Virus genome (UHGV): UHGV-0241990
From: a virus
Length of the DNA stretch: 13,531 bases
Reading direction: 5' to 3' (one strand)
The notes under the pieces: generated by a model
What the model saw: the letters and a program-made list of their open reading frames with translations, nothing else
Told to the model about the DNA's origin: nothing
The model's database searches: none
Made by a program: the position numbers and the translations under genes
In this document: positions 5,954 to 13,531 of the stretch, one piece after another
Numbering within the stretch: position 1 is the first letter of the stretch
Layout: each line of letters opens with the position of its first letter

Positions 5954-6820
5954 ATGGCAAGTAATTACGGGGAAAATTTTACTCCCCTTTTTAAACGTTT
6001 CATCAAATACATTTTTAAAAATCCGATTGCAAAAACTACAACCAATAAAGAAAGATTTCACTTAAACTTGTTGGAAATGACAATTTACGGTGAGATGGCA
6101 AGTTTTAATGCTGCAGGTTGTGAAATATTTATCTCTGAACAGAGATTAGCAGACGATTATGATGTTTCAAGACCGACAGTTATTAACTCGATTAAATCTC
6201 TAGAAAATGCCGGGCTTATTTCAATAGTTAAAAGTAAAGGCAAATCTAATCATTACAAACTGCTAATTACCCCTGATCAGCTTGGCAAGATGTGTGATGA
6301 GCAGGGTATTAAAACCTCCGACAGTGTGGGATCTAGTAAAGAGGCCCCCGATAATCAACAGGAAGCCCCAAAACAACCCACACAGCAAGCTAAAAAGGCC
6401 GAGGTGGTGCAATTGCCTACCCAACCTAAGAACGAGCGCAGAGAGCGCTTTAGAGACGCTGGCAAACGTGAGAAAGATGAGCACGGTTATCCGATTCTGA
6501 CAAGTGATGAGATGAACGCCAAATACAAAGGGATTCAGGCAACATTTAAGGATCGGAAGAGCATTAAACTCTCTGAATTGCGAGATGCATTTTACGGGCC
6601 GGAGGTGATGGATAAAATTAAAGGCACCGTTGAGGGTAGAATCTGGAAAGAAGATGATTATTGGCATTTAACAGAACAGGCCCTTAAGGTGGCTCAACAT
6701 GTAGCTAAAAGAGGTAAAACAATTATCATCGATTATATTAGTCATGGCTATGATGCCCCGAAAGAAAGATTGTGGAACAACTGCAAGCTTGTAAAAGGCG
6801 AATTAACCATTACAAAATAA
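5954..6820 (+). CDS. winged-HTH DNA-binding protein, candidate replication initiator or iteron-binding regulator, 288 aa
   Basis: Track ORF 5897..6820; start moved to in-frame ATG 5954 (GGGGGA upstream, avoids 44-nt overlap with previous gene). HTH segment ISEQRLADDYDVSRPTVINSIKSLENAGLISIVK, a Q/P/K/E-rich linker, then a distinct C-terminal domain. Lies ~1.2 kb downstream of the iteron array. Confidence 0.8.
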   Translation: MASNYGENFTPLFKRFIKYIFKNPIAKTTTNKERFHLNLLEMTIYGEMASFNAAGCEIFISEQRLADDYDVSRPTVINSIKSLENAGLISIVKSKGKSNHYKLLITPDQLGKMCDEQGIKTSDSVGSSKEAPDNQQEAPKQPTQQAKKAEVVQLPTQPKNERRERFRDAGKREKDEHGYPILTSDEMNAKYKGIQATFKDRKSIKLSELRDAFYGPEVMDKIKGTVEGRIWKEDDYWHLTEQALKVAQHVAKRGKTIIIDYISHGYDAPKERLWNNCKLVKGELTITK

Positions 6821-6859
6821 ACATTCTTATTTTTTACAGTATTCTAAAGGAAATTTAAA

Positions 6860-7006
6860 ATGTATGGCGATCTTGATTATTACCTGGAAAAGGAAAAATA
6901 TTTTGAAGATGAACTATCACAACATTTTTCATATTGGGAAGAATATTGTGGTTGGTTAGCTGAAGATCCAGCAGATGAAGAAAATGATTCTGACATCCCT
7001 TATTAA
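6860..7006 (+). CDS. tiny acidic protein, 48 aa (MYGDLDYYLEKEKYFEDELSQHFSYWEEYCGWLAEDPADEENDSDIPY)
   Basis: Not in track (short). AAGGA SD 8 nt before ATG 6860; stop TAA 7004-7006. Fills the otherwise empty gap between flanking genes. Strongly acidic with aromatic residues. Confidence 0.45.
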   Translation: MYGDLDYYLEKEKYFEDELSQHFSYWEEYCGWLAEDPADEENDSDIPY

Positions 7007-7104
7007 TTAATATCCCCTGTTATCCCCAAACAAACTAAATAAACAAACTAAGCACTAGAACTAGATTGATTGCCCTGATCTTTTAAACGTTCGGAGAATT
7101 AATC

Positions 7105-7593
7105 ATGTTCAAATCTGATCTTTCTGATTCCCAATTTGAAAAACTGGTAGCACTGCAGAAATATCTCCCCAGTGATGATCAACCAACACGACAGGCTAAA
7201 CACTTATTAGTCGAGGGCTTTACCCCTGAATTCGTGGCGGAATATACAGGCGTTAAACTTGAGAAAGTCCAAAAACTATATAATGAGTCCTGGAATCCAC
7301 GGTGTCGAGTTCCCCTCAGTGTCTACAACGAAATAGATAGAGATAGAAATGTCTTCGAAGATCGCCGCCGCAAATCTCTTTTAATGTGGAATTGTGGGAT
7401 GAATATTGAAGAGATAGCAAAAGAATTAAAAGTAACCTGCTTTCATATCTGGGGCTTGTTGAGTGAAATCCTGCCACGTAAGGAGCTTAATCAACGTTTG
7501 CCTAAGCCCGGTAGTCGTGCTTATCGCGAATTTATATTCATCTACCGCCGCCATAGAAATAAAGTCCAGAAAGCAATGGCCCAGAAAGCCTAA
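7105..7593 (+). CDS. putative DNA-binding protein with two sigma region 4-like HTH segments, 162 aa
   Basis: ORF from track; GGAG SD 8 nt before ATG 7105. HTH-like segments FTPEFVAEYTGVKLEKVQKL and MNIEEIAKELKVTCFHIWGLLSEIL; basic C-terminus. Confidence 0.8.
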   Translation: MFKSDLSDSQFEKLVALQKYLPSDDQPTRQAKHLLVEGFTPEFVAEYTGVKLEKVQKLYNESWNPRCRVPLSVYNEIDRDRNVFEDRRRKSLLMWNCGMNIEEIAKELKVTCFHIWGLLSEILPRKELNQRLPKPGSRAYREFIFIYRRHRNKVQKAMAQKA

Positions 7594-7666
7594 GTTTTAT
7601 CTCTTCGATTTATTTATTTTCGACTCACTTTAACCCCTTCCGGGGCTCTAATTTAAGGAATTCCAA

Positions 7667-8110
7667 ATGTCTCAAATCGCTAAATTATTATCCCAGGTAA
7701 TCAAAGCTTTCGACGCTGAAGATTCAAAAGTTCGCCAGGATCTTTTAGATGGCAAGTTTACCAACACCCTGGCATTTACCCGTGACAAAGAGCACTTCTT
7801 AAAACACAGACACCACGCTTTTGCTGAATGCAAGTCCGCTAATGGTGATGTTTTCTATGTCGATTTGGTGGTTATGGCATGTAGGCTGTGGATGATTCAG
7901 GACCTTATGCGCCAACACGGTGATGATCCTCTTATCAGCATGTGGAACAGCGCCCAGGATGGCTTTGTGATTGCTGCCTTATCCAAATCAATGATTGAGG
8001 CAGAAGGGGCAAGCCTTCAGAACATGGCAGATCTCTTTGAAATAAGCGTAGGAATGATGCAGACCATGCTCCAAGCTGTCAAACCTCTCAAACTGGTTAA
8101 TCTTGATTAA
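7667..8110 (+). CDS. hypothetical protein, 147 aa
   Basis: ORF from track; AAGGA SD 7 nt before ATG 7667. No recognisable motif. Confidence 0.8.
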   Translation: MSQIAKLLSQVIKAFDAEDSKVRQDLLDGKFTNTLAFTRDKEHFLKHRHHAFAECKSANGDVFYVDLVVMACRLWMIQDLMRQHGDDPLISMWNSAQDGFVIAALSKSMIEAEGASLQNMADLFEISVGMMQTMLQAVKPLKLVNLD

Positions 8111-8170
8111 GCTATTGATAAATAAGCACTCCCCATTTTTTGGGGGGTGCATCAATGAGAGGATATGCCT

Positions 8171-8554
8171 ATGAATATTGAAGAAATGATAGTTGAATTC
8201 GAAGAGGGTGATTTCCTGGAAGAAGGGGAGTTTAGTTACTCCCATTTTAAACAGGCGTTATTTAGCAGCGATGATAAACCACACGTTAGTGATCTTAACG
8301 ACGATGATTTATGTCGTTGGGTATGCACCCGCTTAAATGAAGATGGAAAGTATACAGGCCAAAACTTTCCAAATCTCTATTTCAAAGCACAAACATTTGA
8401 GGAAGGGCAAAGAGTGAAAAACCTGGTCGATAAAATGCTGTCAGCCGGATATTTGCATAAAGAATTATTAAATCCTAAAGCTGAAAGCAAGCGCCATTAT
8501 ATTTTTGTGTGGACTATTGGCGATAAGTGTCCACTAAGACGCAAAGGCAAATGA
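8171..8554 (+). CDS. hypothetical acidic protein, 127 aa (129 aa if started at 8165)
   Basis: Track ORF 8165..8554. GAGAGGA at 8157-8163 is only 1 nt from ATG 8165 but 7 nt from ATG 8171, so 8171 preferred. Stop TGA 8552-8554 lies 1 nt before the next ATG. Confidence 0.7.
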   Translation: MNIEEMIVEFEEGDFLEEGEFSYSHFKQALFSSDDKPHVSDLNDDDLCRWVCTRLNEDGKYTGQNFPNLYFKAQTFEEGQRVKNLVDKMLSAGYLHKELLNPKAESKRHYIFVWTIGDKCPLRRKGK

Positions 8555-8555
8555 T

Positions 8556-8792
8556 ATGAATATCTACGAAAAGATTTATCAAAAACTGGTTAAGGACTCC
8601 GAAGACACGCCCGAAGGGGTGACAATAGGTCACCTGCCAGAGGCAGCGAAAGAGGGGTCCACCATTATTAAAAGTAGCTCCCACACAGAAGGCCTCTCAA
8701 TCGAAGAGCTGGCGGAGAAATATAATATTGATAAAGAGGCCCTGAAAAGGGCTATTTCATTATCAAAATCTTTAAGACAGGGCGAGGTATAA
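8556..8792 (+). CDS. hypothetical protein, 78 aa
   Basis: ORF from track; tightly packed between neighbours (stop 8790-8792, next ATG 8794), consistent with translational coupling. Confidence 0.7.
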   Translation: MNIYEKIYQKLVKDSEDTPEGVTIGHLPEAAKEGSTIIKSSSHTEGLSIEELAEKYNIDKEALKRAISLSKSLRQGEV

Positions 8793-8793
8793 A

Positions 8794-10935
8794 ATGGCAA
8801 TGAAGGAAGTAGCCAGACTAACAAACGTTATTTACTGGGACTCTGATAAATCCTCCTGGCGAAAAGAAGTTAAACGGCTTGAGGATTATAAAAAATCCTG
8901 GAAGAAAGCTACCGACGATATAGCTAAAGCTGATTTTAAATCTAATCAGGCTGTGCTCAGAACACAAAGAACACGCGCTAAGGTGGAAGAGCAGATAGCC
9001 AGAGCTCAGAGGAAACAACAGGAAGCACAGAAGAAACAACGTGCTCAGGCTGTCAGCCGTCTGACCGGGGGCAACAATGCCGAACTTAACTCTATGCGCA
9101 AGTTCTACCAACAACAAGCCAGAGAAGCCGCCAGACAACAAAAACTGTTAGATCGTAGTGTTGGAGATGTTCAGCACAGAAAAGCACGTGTAGGGGCCAA
9201 CAGTGCACGAATCAGCAGCATGTTTGATGGATCCCTGGTTGCTCAGTTCCAAAGCAGAATCCAGAGAGTTAATGCTGATTATGCTAAAGGGGCTATTAAC
9301 CTGCAGACCTATAATCAGAAAATGGCCCGACTCAGAGCTGAAATGAAGATGGCCTCTAGAGATGCCACCACCTTTCAAAGCAAGCTAGATAAACTGGCAG
9401 CAGGTGCGAGCAAGGTGCATAACAATATCGGCAAGCTTAACAGTGCTTTAGGCAAGATAGCCATTGGCCTGACCGCTGCAGGATGGGGTATTCAGAGAGC
9501 TGTTAGTGGTGCTATGAGCGCTCAATCTGACCATAACTCAGCCTATTATGGTTTGCTTGCTCAGAACAAGGATGATAAAGCCAAGACTGACCAGCAGATG
9601 GCTTTTATCGAGAACACAGCCAACACCTACGGGATGGATCAGCGTGAGATGGAGGGTGGCTATATGCGTTTTGCTGCCGCTACTCCCACCATGAAGGAAT
9701 CTGATAAGCAGGCTCTTTTTGAGGCTATGGCGATTAAAGGCCGCTCAGTGGGTGCTACTGGCGAGCAACAGAACAGGGCGCTTGTTGCGGTCCAACAAAT
9801 GGCTTCAAAAGGAAGAGTAGCTGCGGAAGAGCTGCGTGGCCAGCTGTCAGAAGCCTTTGCAGGCTCACAACAGGATTTTCAACAGGCCGCTATTGATGCC
9901 GGAATCATCAAGAGTGCCCAGGAATTCGATAAAGCCATGGCAGATGGCAAAATCACCCTGGACAAGCTTCTTCCCTCTCTAGTGAAAATCTGGGGTGCTG
10001 CAAAAGAAACTGACGCTTTTGCTAAATCTATGCAACAGCCTGAAGTGGCACTGCAGAGAATGAGCAACCAGTTTTTTAAACTAAAGCAATCCTTTATGGG
10101 TGTTGTGGATCCTGCGGATGGCGTCATTACCCTGTCAGAATCCCTTATTTATATCTTTGAAGATTTATCCTCAATTTTCAGTAGCTCAGGTGAAGATGCC
10201 AAATCTCTCGGAGTTATGTTAGGCGAGGCAATGCATGAAATTTATTTTTGGGTCAACTGGGCTTGGTGGTGGACTAAGAAGATCGCCAAAGGCATTGGTG
10301 AGACGTTAGGCTGGACCGCACAGGATGCAGGCGAGAAGATTGGCCAGGTTGTGACCGCCCTGTTAGGCCTGAAGGTTGCAACAAGCATTGCTGGCATGGT
10401 TGGCGGCCTTATTTCCATGCTGTGGAAACTTAAAGCGGCGCTTAGTGCTTTAGTCGGTGTTGGTGATATCAGCACTGGAGGCACAGCAGGCAAAGGCAGA
10501 CCAGGTAGAGGCGGCTTTATCGGGAAAGCAGGCAGACTTGGAGGAAGATTTGCAGGTCCGGCAGGGATTGTTTTGACAGGATTTGACATTGCAAATAGCT
10601 TAGATTCCTACTGGCAGAATCCTGATAATCAGCGGCAGGAAGGAGCTAAACATCCTGAATGGTTAACCAGTATGGTTAATAGTGCTTCTAGCTTCCTTGG
10701 CCTTGATTATCGTCTGGACGCAGGACGCTACATTACCAGACCAACACCAACGGGTGGTATTGCTATTCAGAATGGAGGCTATCAGCCGACTCAAATCAGT
10801 GTAGTTCCGCAGGGTGAGATCTCCGGCAAGTGGGAGATAACCATTGATGAGGGGGGAATTGCCAGGGTGATCCAGAAGGAAGTCAGCGATCAGCTGGATT
10901 GGAAAGCCACACAGGAAGCTAATCAGCTTTTCTAA
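8794..10935 (+). CDS. tape-measure-like protein, 713 aa
   Basis: ORF from track. Long charged Q/K/R/E-rich helical N-terminus; central segment GEQQNRALVAVQQMASKGRVAAEELRGQLSEAFAG resembling the conserved tape-measure domain (recalled). Hydrophobic segments (VVTALLGLKVATSIAGMVGGLISMLW) and a Gly-rich stretch (GGTAGKGRPGRGGFIGKAGRLGGRFAG). Confidence 0.8.
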   Translation: MAMKEVARLTNVIYWDSDKSSWRKEVKRLEDYKKSWKKATDDIAKADFKSNQAVLRTQRTRAKVEEQIARAQRKQQEAQKKQRAQAVSRLTGGNNAELNSMRKFYQQQAREAARQQKLLDRSVGDVQHRKARVGANSARISSMFDGSLVAQFQSRIQRVNADYAKGAINLQTYNQKMARLRAEMKMASRDATTFQSKLDKLAAGASKVHNNIGKLNSALGKIAIGLTAAGWGIQRAVSGAMSAQSDHNSAYYGLLAQNKDDKAKTDQQMAFIENTANTYGMDQREMEGGYMRFAAATPTMKESDKQALFEAMAIKGRSVGATGEQQNRALVAVQQMASKGRVAAEELRGQLSEAFAGSQQDFQQAAIDAGIIKSAQEFDKAMADGKITLDKLLPSLVKIWGAAKETDAFAKSMQQPEVALQRMSNQFFKLKQSFMGVVDPADGVITLSESLIYIFEDLSSIFSSSGEDAKSLGVMLGEAMHEIYFWVNWAWWWTKKIAKGIGETLGWTAQDAGEKIGQVVTALLGLKVATSIAGMVGGLISMLWKLKAALSALVGVGDISTGGTAGKGRPGRGGFIGKAGRLGGRFAGPAGIVLTGFDIANSLDSYWQNPDNQRQEGAKHPEWLTSMVNSASSFLGLDYRLDAGRYITRPTPTGGIAIQNGGYQPTQISVVPQGEISGKWEITIDEGGIARVIQKEVSDQLDWKATQEANQLF

Positions 10936-10980
10936 CTGGTTGATAATAAAAGCCCCTCGGGATTTGTCATCCTTTGGGGC

Positions 10981-10992
10981 TCAACTTCTCGC
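10981..10992 (+). repeat. third copy of the core TCAACTTCTCGC
   Basis: Exact 12-nt match to the core of the 18-nt element at 1944 and 2463; lies just after a hairpin (10953-10981) downstream of the tape-measure-like gene. No start codon at the 11-nt distance. Confidence 0.5.
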
Positions 10993-11389
10993 CTGGCAAG
11001 TGTGATCATCTGCAGAGAGAAAGTCAACTCTCTTTCTGTTCACGTTTGATCATTCATACCGTTTGTTTTATATTCATCAGTGGAAACAGATCCCAGAGGT
11101 TAACGCGACCTCTAAGAGAAAATAAGCGTCTATGATCTGGAGTATCTTGTAGAGCACTGGGCTTGATGCGGCCTCACCCTAACCAAGGTGATAAACAGGC
11201 AAACGTTGGTGGTTCTGCTCTCTTACCCGGCAATAAGTGATAAGCCAAAACTAAGAGATGCCCACACGGTTTCACCGCACCGGAATATAAGCAGGTACCT
11301 GATAAAGCTGATCTACATGAAAACCTGAAAACCCCTAAATGATGCTAGTGTTTCTCCTTACCACCAACACGGCATCAAAAAGAGTTCTA

Positions 11390-11418
11390 TTGTCTGAATT
11401 CAGGATTTTGGCTATAAT
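11390..11418 (+). promoter_or_regulatory. sigma70-like promoter for the 49-aa ORF
   Basis: TTGTCT 11390-11395, 17-bp spacer, perfect TATAAT 11413-11418. Confidence 0.55.
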
Positions 11419-11452
11419 GTAGGCGTAGCAGGTCATAAGAAGGGGTGACACT

Positions 11453-11602
11453 ATGAAGAATGCCAATGCCATTAAGCGAAATAACCGCAAGATTCACGCT
11501 CGCAAGTTTCTCAAGACTGAAGAAGGCCGGAAATGGTTAGAAGAGAAGCAGAAGGAACGGCAGGAGATAAAGCTTGTGCGGGAATTATCCCAGTTTATCT
11601 AA
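11453..11602 (+). CDS. small basic protein, 49 aa (MKNANAIKRNNRKIHARKFLKTEEGRKWLEEKQKERQEIKLVRELSQFI)
   Basis: Not in track (short). AAGGGGTGA SD before ATG 11453; stop TAA 11600-11602. Own promoter and terminator. Confidence 0.6.
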   Translation: MKNANAIKRNNRKIHARKFLKTEEGRKWLEEKQKERQEIKLVRELSQFI

Positions 11603-11612
11603 TCTCAGAGAG

Positions 11613-11639
11613 AGGGGCTATCAGGCCCCTTTCTTGTCT
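11613..11639 (+). terminator. rho-independent terminator
   Basis: AGGGGC (11613-11618) / GCCCCT (11625-11630) stem, 6-nt loop, then TTCTTGTCT. Overlaps the stop codon of the convergent minus-strand gene. Confidence 0.6.
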
Positions 11640-12079
11640 ATGTCTACCCAGTATTTGATTGCACCGATCAAATCATCATAGTGGCGCATTGCATCATTGA
11701 AGCCTTTATAGCTTGCCCATTGTGGGGAAACCTTGTTATTGCTGAATTGCCCACTAATCAGGATAGTCTCCAAAATGTCGGCGTATCGCTTGCCAATTCG
11801 CTTTCTGACGGCCTCAGAGCTCCCACCCTTTACGATTGCATTAATCAGGGCTTTTGTGTGTCTCAGGCTCTCATAGAGCATTGCAGCGTGGGCAGACTCC
11901 ATAAATGAGCGCTTAGGCAAATCACCCCACCCCTCAGAGTGGATAGCCGCCAGTGTGGCGTAATTCAGGCCGCTATAGTGTTTCCCGTCATCCCAGCCAA
12001 CCGCTACACCTTCCATCTGTGAGAGCTCTTTATGCAGCTTATCCATCATGCGCTTGTCTATGGTGCACCGGACTTTCAT
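11621..12079 (-). CDS. putative virion morphogenesis protein, 152 aa
   Basis: ORF from track; start ATG overlaps the stop of the upstream gene (ATGA at 12076-12079). Segment VGWDDGKHYSGLNYATLAAIHSEGWGDLPKRSF is reminiscent of small head-tail or tail-completion proteins (weak, recalled). Confidence 0.75.
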   Translation of the reverse strand: MKVRCTIDKRMMDKLHKELSQMEGVAVGWDDGKHYSGLNYATLAAIHSEGWGDLPKRSFMESAHAAMLYESLRHTKALINAIVKGGSSEAVRKRIGKRYADILETILISGQFSNNKVSPQWASYKGFNDAMRHYDDLIGAIKYWVDIDKKGA

Positions 12080-12843
12080 TTTGTAGCATCCTTGGCAAAT
12101 TTGGCTTGCCTTTGCTGATCATAAATGTCTTTTGTGCTCATAGCCCCATCATTTTCATCGAGCAAAGTTTGTAAATTTTTAGGCTTAGCCGATGGGGTGT
12201 TGGTTGAGTTCCCGACGTTGCTATTCTTCTCAGCACTGTTAACAGCACCCTTTTGCTGTGTTTTATTCACCTTCTTACTGTTAGTGAAAACTCCGGCATT
12301 TTCGACCATCTTCACCTTGAAGGTGCGGAATTCTTCAAAAGTGCAATCAATAGTGATGCAGTCGCCAGAGGAAGAGCTACGCTTAACTTCACATTTCGTC
12401 ATGATGAAGTTCTCAAGAAGTCCGGCATCTTCACTAACCAGGCTAACCAGCTGGCGCTTGTCTCTCATTTCCATAAGTGCCTGAACAGCGGCAGCAGGGC
12501 GCATAGATTCACGGGGATTATCTGGATCAGTGTTCCGGTCGATGTAGTTCTCTTTCCGGATGATATGAGGGGAAGAGGTAACAATACCCGTAAAGCTGAC
12601 AGATTTATCTTTAATGACGGCATGGTCTGACATGGTGGTGCCATCCTCGACCGCATAGCTCGATTTCTCAACAGGGAACGAATAGCTGACATCAGAGATA
12701 GAGTCAAAGAAGATAGCCACATTATCGGTATAGTTGAAGCCATCCATTATATTTTTGTTTTGTGAATATCCCCCACACATAACAGTGAATGCAGGAGATC
12801 TCGACTCAGCTTGTTTTGCAGCTGTTAGAGCATCATTAGCCAT
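12076..12843 (-). CDS. hypothetical protein, likely structural, 255 aa (258 aa if started at 12852)
   Basis: Track ORF 12076..12852. GAGG SD is 1 nt from ATG 12852 but 10 nt from ATG 12843, so 12843 preferred. Beta-rich N-terminal part, low-complexity polar C-terminus. Confidence 0.75.
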   Translation of the reverse strand: MANDALTAAKQAESRSPAFTVMCGGYSQNKNIMDGFNYTDNVAIFFDSISDVSYSFPVEKSSYAVEDGTTMSDHAVIKDKSVSFTGIVTSSPHIIRKENYIDRNTDPDNPRESMRPAAAVQALMEMRDKRQLVSLVSEDAGLLENFIMTKCEVKRSSSSGDCITIDCTFEEFRTFKVKMVENAGVFTNSKKVNKTQQKGAVNSAEKNSNVGNSTNTPSAKPKNLQTLLDENDGAMSTKDIYDQQRQAKFAKDATK

Positions 12844-12948
12844 ATTGAACATGCCTCAAAAATGAATCTTTTCGTTGCCCTGCTTAAAATCTGCAGAAAA
12901 TACAGGGCAGTTATTCGTTAGAATCGCTTATAGCTCTTCCCGAGAGCG

Positions 12949-13209
12949 TTATTTTGCAAAACGATTATGGGCATTCAGGGCTTTTTTGCGGTCCTGTGCC
13001 TGTTTGCGTGCAATAAAATGTTCGAAAGTCTCGGCCCAGGTGCATTTATTATATTCACGGTATTTATGCATAGCCTGGCGGCTAACGTCATAGCAGGCGG
13101 CAAATGTGGAGATACGCAGGAATTCCGGCAGATCCTCGTCATCGATATGGATAATATCAAAAGGCACGTCGTCACGGTCGCCGTATAAAACAATTTTCAT
13201 AAAAGACAC
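12949..13209 (-). CDS. hypothetical small protein, 86 aa, possible HTH (AACYDVSRQAMHKY)
   Basis: ORF from track; GAGGTG SD 5 nt upstream of ATG 13209. Acidic N-terminus. Sits just downstream (minus sense) of a terminator. Confidence 0.7.
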   Translation of the reverse strand: MSFMKIVLYGDRDDVPFDIIHIDDEDLPEFLRISTFAACYDVSRQAMHKYREYNKCTWAETFEHFIARKQAQDRKKALNAHNRFAK

Positions 13210-13234
13210 CTCAAAAACTTAAGACGGGGATAAT

Positions 13235-13295
13235 AAAAAAGGGAAGAGGGAAAGACCTATCCCCGATCTCTCACCTCTTCCCTTTGCTTTTATTT
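13235..13295. terminator. bidirectional intrinsic terminator
   Basis: GGGAAGAGG (13241-13249) pairs CCTCTTCCC (13274-13282). Flanked by an A-run (13235-13240, read as T-run on the minus strand) and TTTGCTTTTATTT on the plus strand. Confidence 0.6.
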
Positions 13296-13319
13296 GGCCT
13301 TCGAAGAAGGACCTTATTT

Positions 13320-13531
13320 AGCCTTGGCTTTTGCCAGAGCAGCGGCGGCGGAGTTACTAACACTCACTTTAACCACAACCTCAGGCATCATGTTCATGAA
13401 AGCATAAGAGGATTCAATGAAGATTTCTCGTTTACCTCTGGACTCTTCCATATACATGAAAGCTTCACGTGCAGCGCCGTTTGCAAGCTTCAGGTTGCGA
13501 GCGCAAGGGCCGAAAAATTGAGTATAAACGC
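13320..13531 (-). CDS. C-terminal 70 codons of an upstream protein (ends ...VSNSAAAALAKAKAK)
   Basis: Minus-strand open frame from window edge to stop TAA at 13322-13320, hand-translated. Followed by the bidirectional terminator. Confidence 0.55.

Noticed and set aside
6263-6667. Minus-strand 134-aa ORF and plus-strand 72-aa ORF inside the winged-HTH gene
   Set aside because: Fully nested in a longer, better-supported CDS; alternative-frame artefacts.
8165-8792. Programmed -1 frameshift joining the two ORFs upstream of the tape-measure-like gene (tail chaperone G/GT style)
   Set aside because: The frames are related by +1, not -1; the ORFs are sequential (stop 8552-8554, ATG 8556), not overlapping; no slippery heptamer seen.
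8818-10589. Several minus-strand ORFs antisense to the tape-measure-like gene
   Set aside because: Antisense shadow ORFs of a long sense CDS; no independent signals.
12875-13193. Plus-strand ORFs 12875..13093 and 12967..13188, and minus-strand 12975..13193
   Set aside because: Overlap the better-supported minus-strand 86-aa gene (SD plus ATG at 13209) in other frames; Cys/Arg-rich implausible translations.

Overview
Mosaic, phage-like window (tailed phage or prophage region); nothing here was database-searched, so all functional calls rest on sequence character and recalled family features. Left end, minus strand: a head-decoration-like gene (841-1176) followed by a putative major capsid gene whose 5' part lies in the window (1-829). 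Then ~0.8 kb of structured non-coding DNA and a small plus-strand accessory operon (40-aa TM peptide, 86-aa HTH protein, 236-aa membrane-anchored protein) ending in a clean intrinsic terminator. A ~2.5 kb ORF-poor region (3250-5720) is packed with repeats: 11-bp phased repeats, paired palindromic operator-like sites, phased ACCTGT iterons with a palindromic core, a C-run/G-run palindrome, a GC-rich structured segment and sigma70-like promoters. An AT-rich plus-strand operon (5725-10935) follows, encoding small proteins including a winged-HTH protein, a tiny acidic ORF and a dual-HTH protein, and ending with a 713-aa tape-measure-like protein. After that come a promoter/49-aa basic ORF/terminator unit and a minus-strand gene cluster (11621-13531), probably virion morphogenesis. 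No rRNA, tRNA, CRISPR array, integrase or transposase was recognised. The most distinctive signals are the iteron array next to the winged-HTH gene, an identical 18-nt element at a fixed distance upstream of two start codons, and the odd placement of the tape-measure-like gene.
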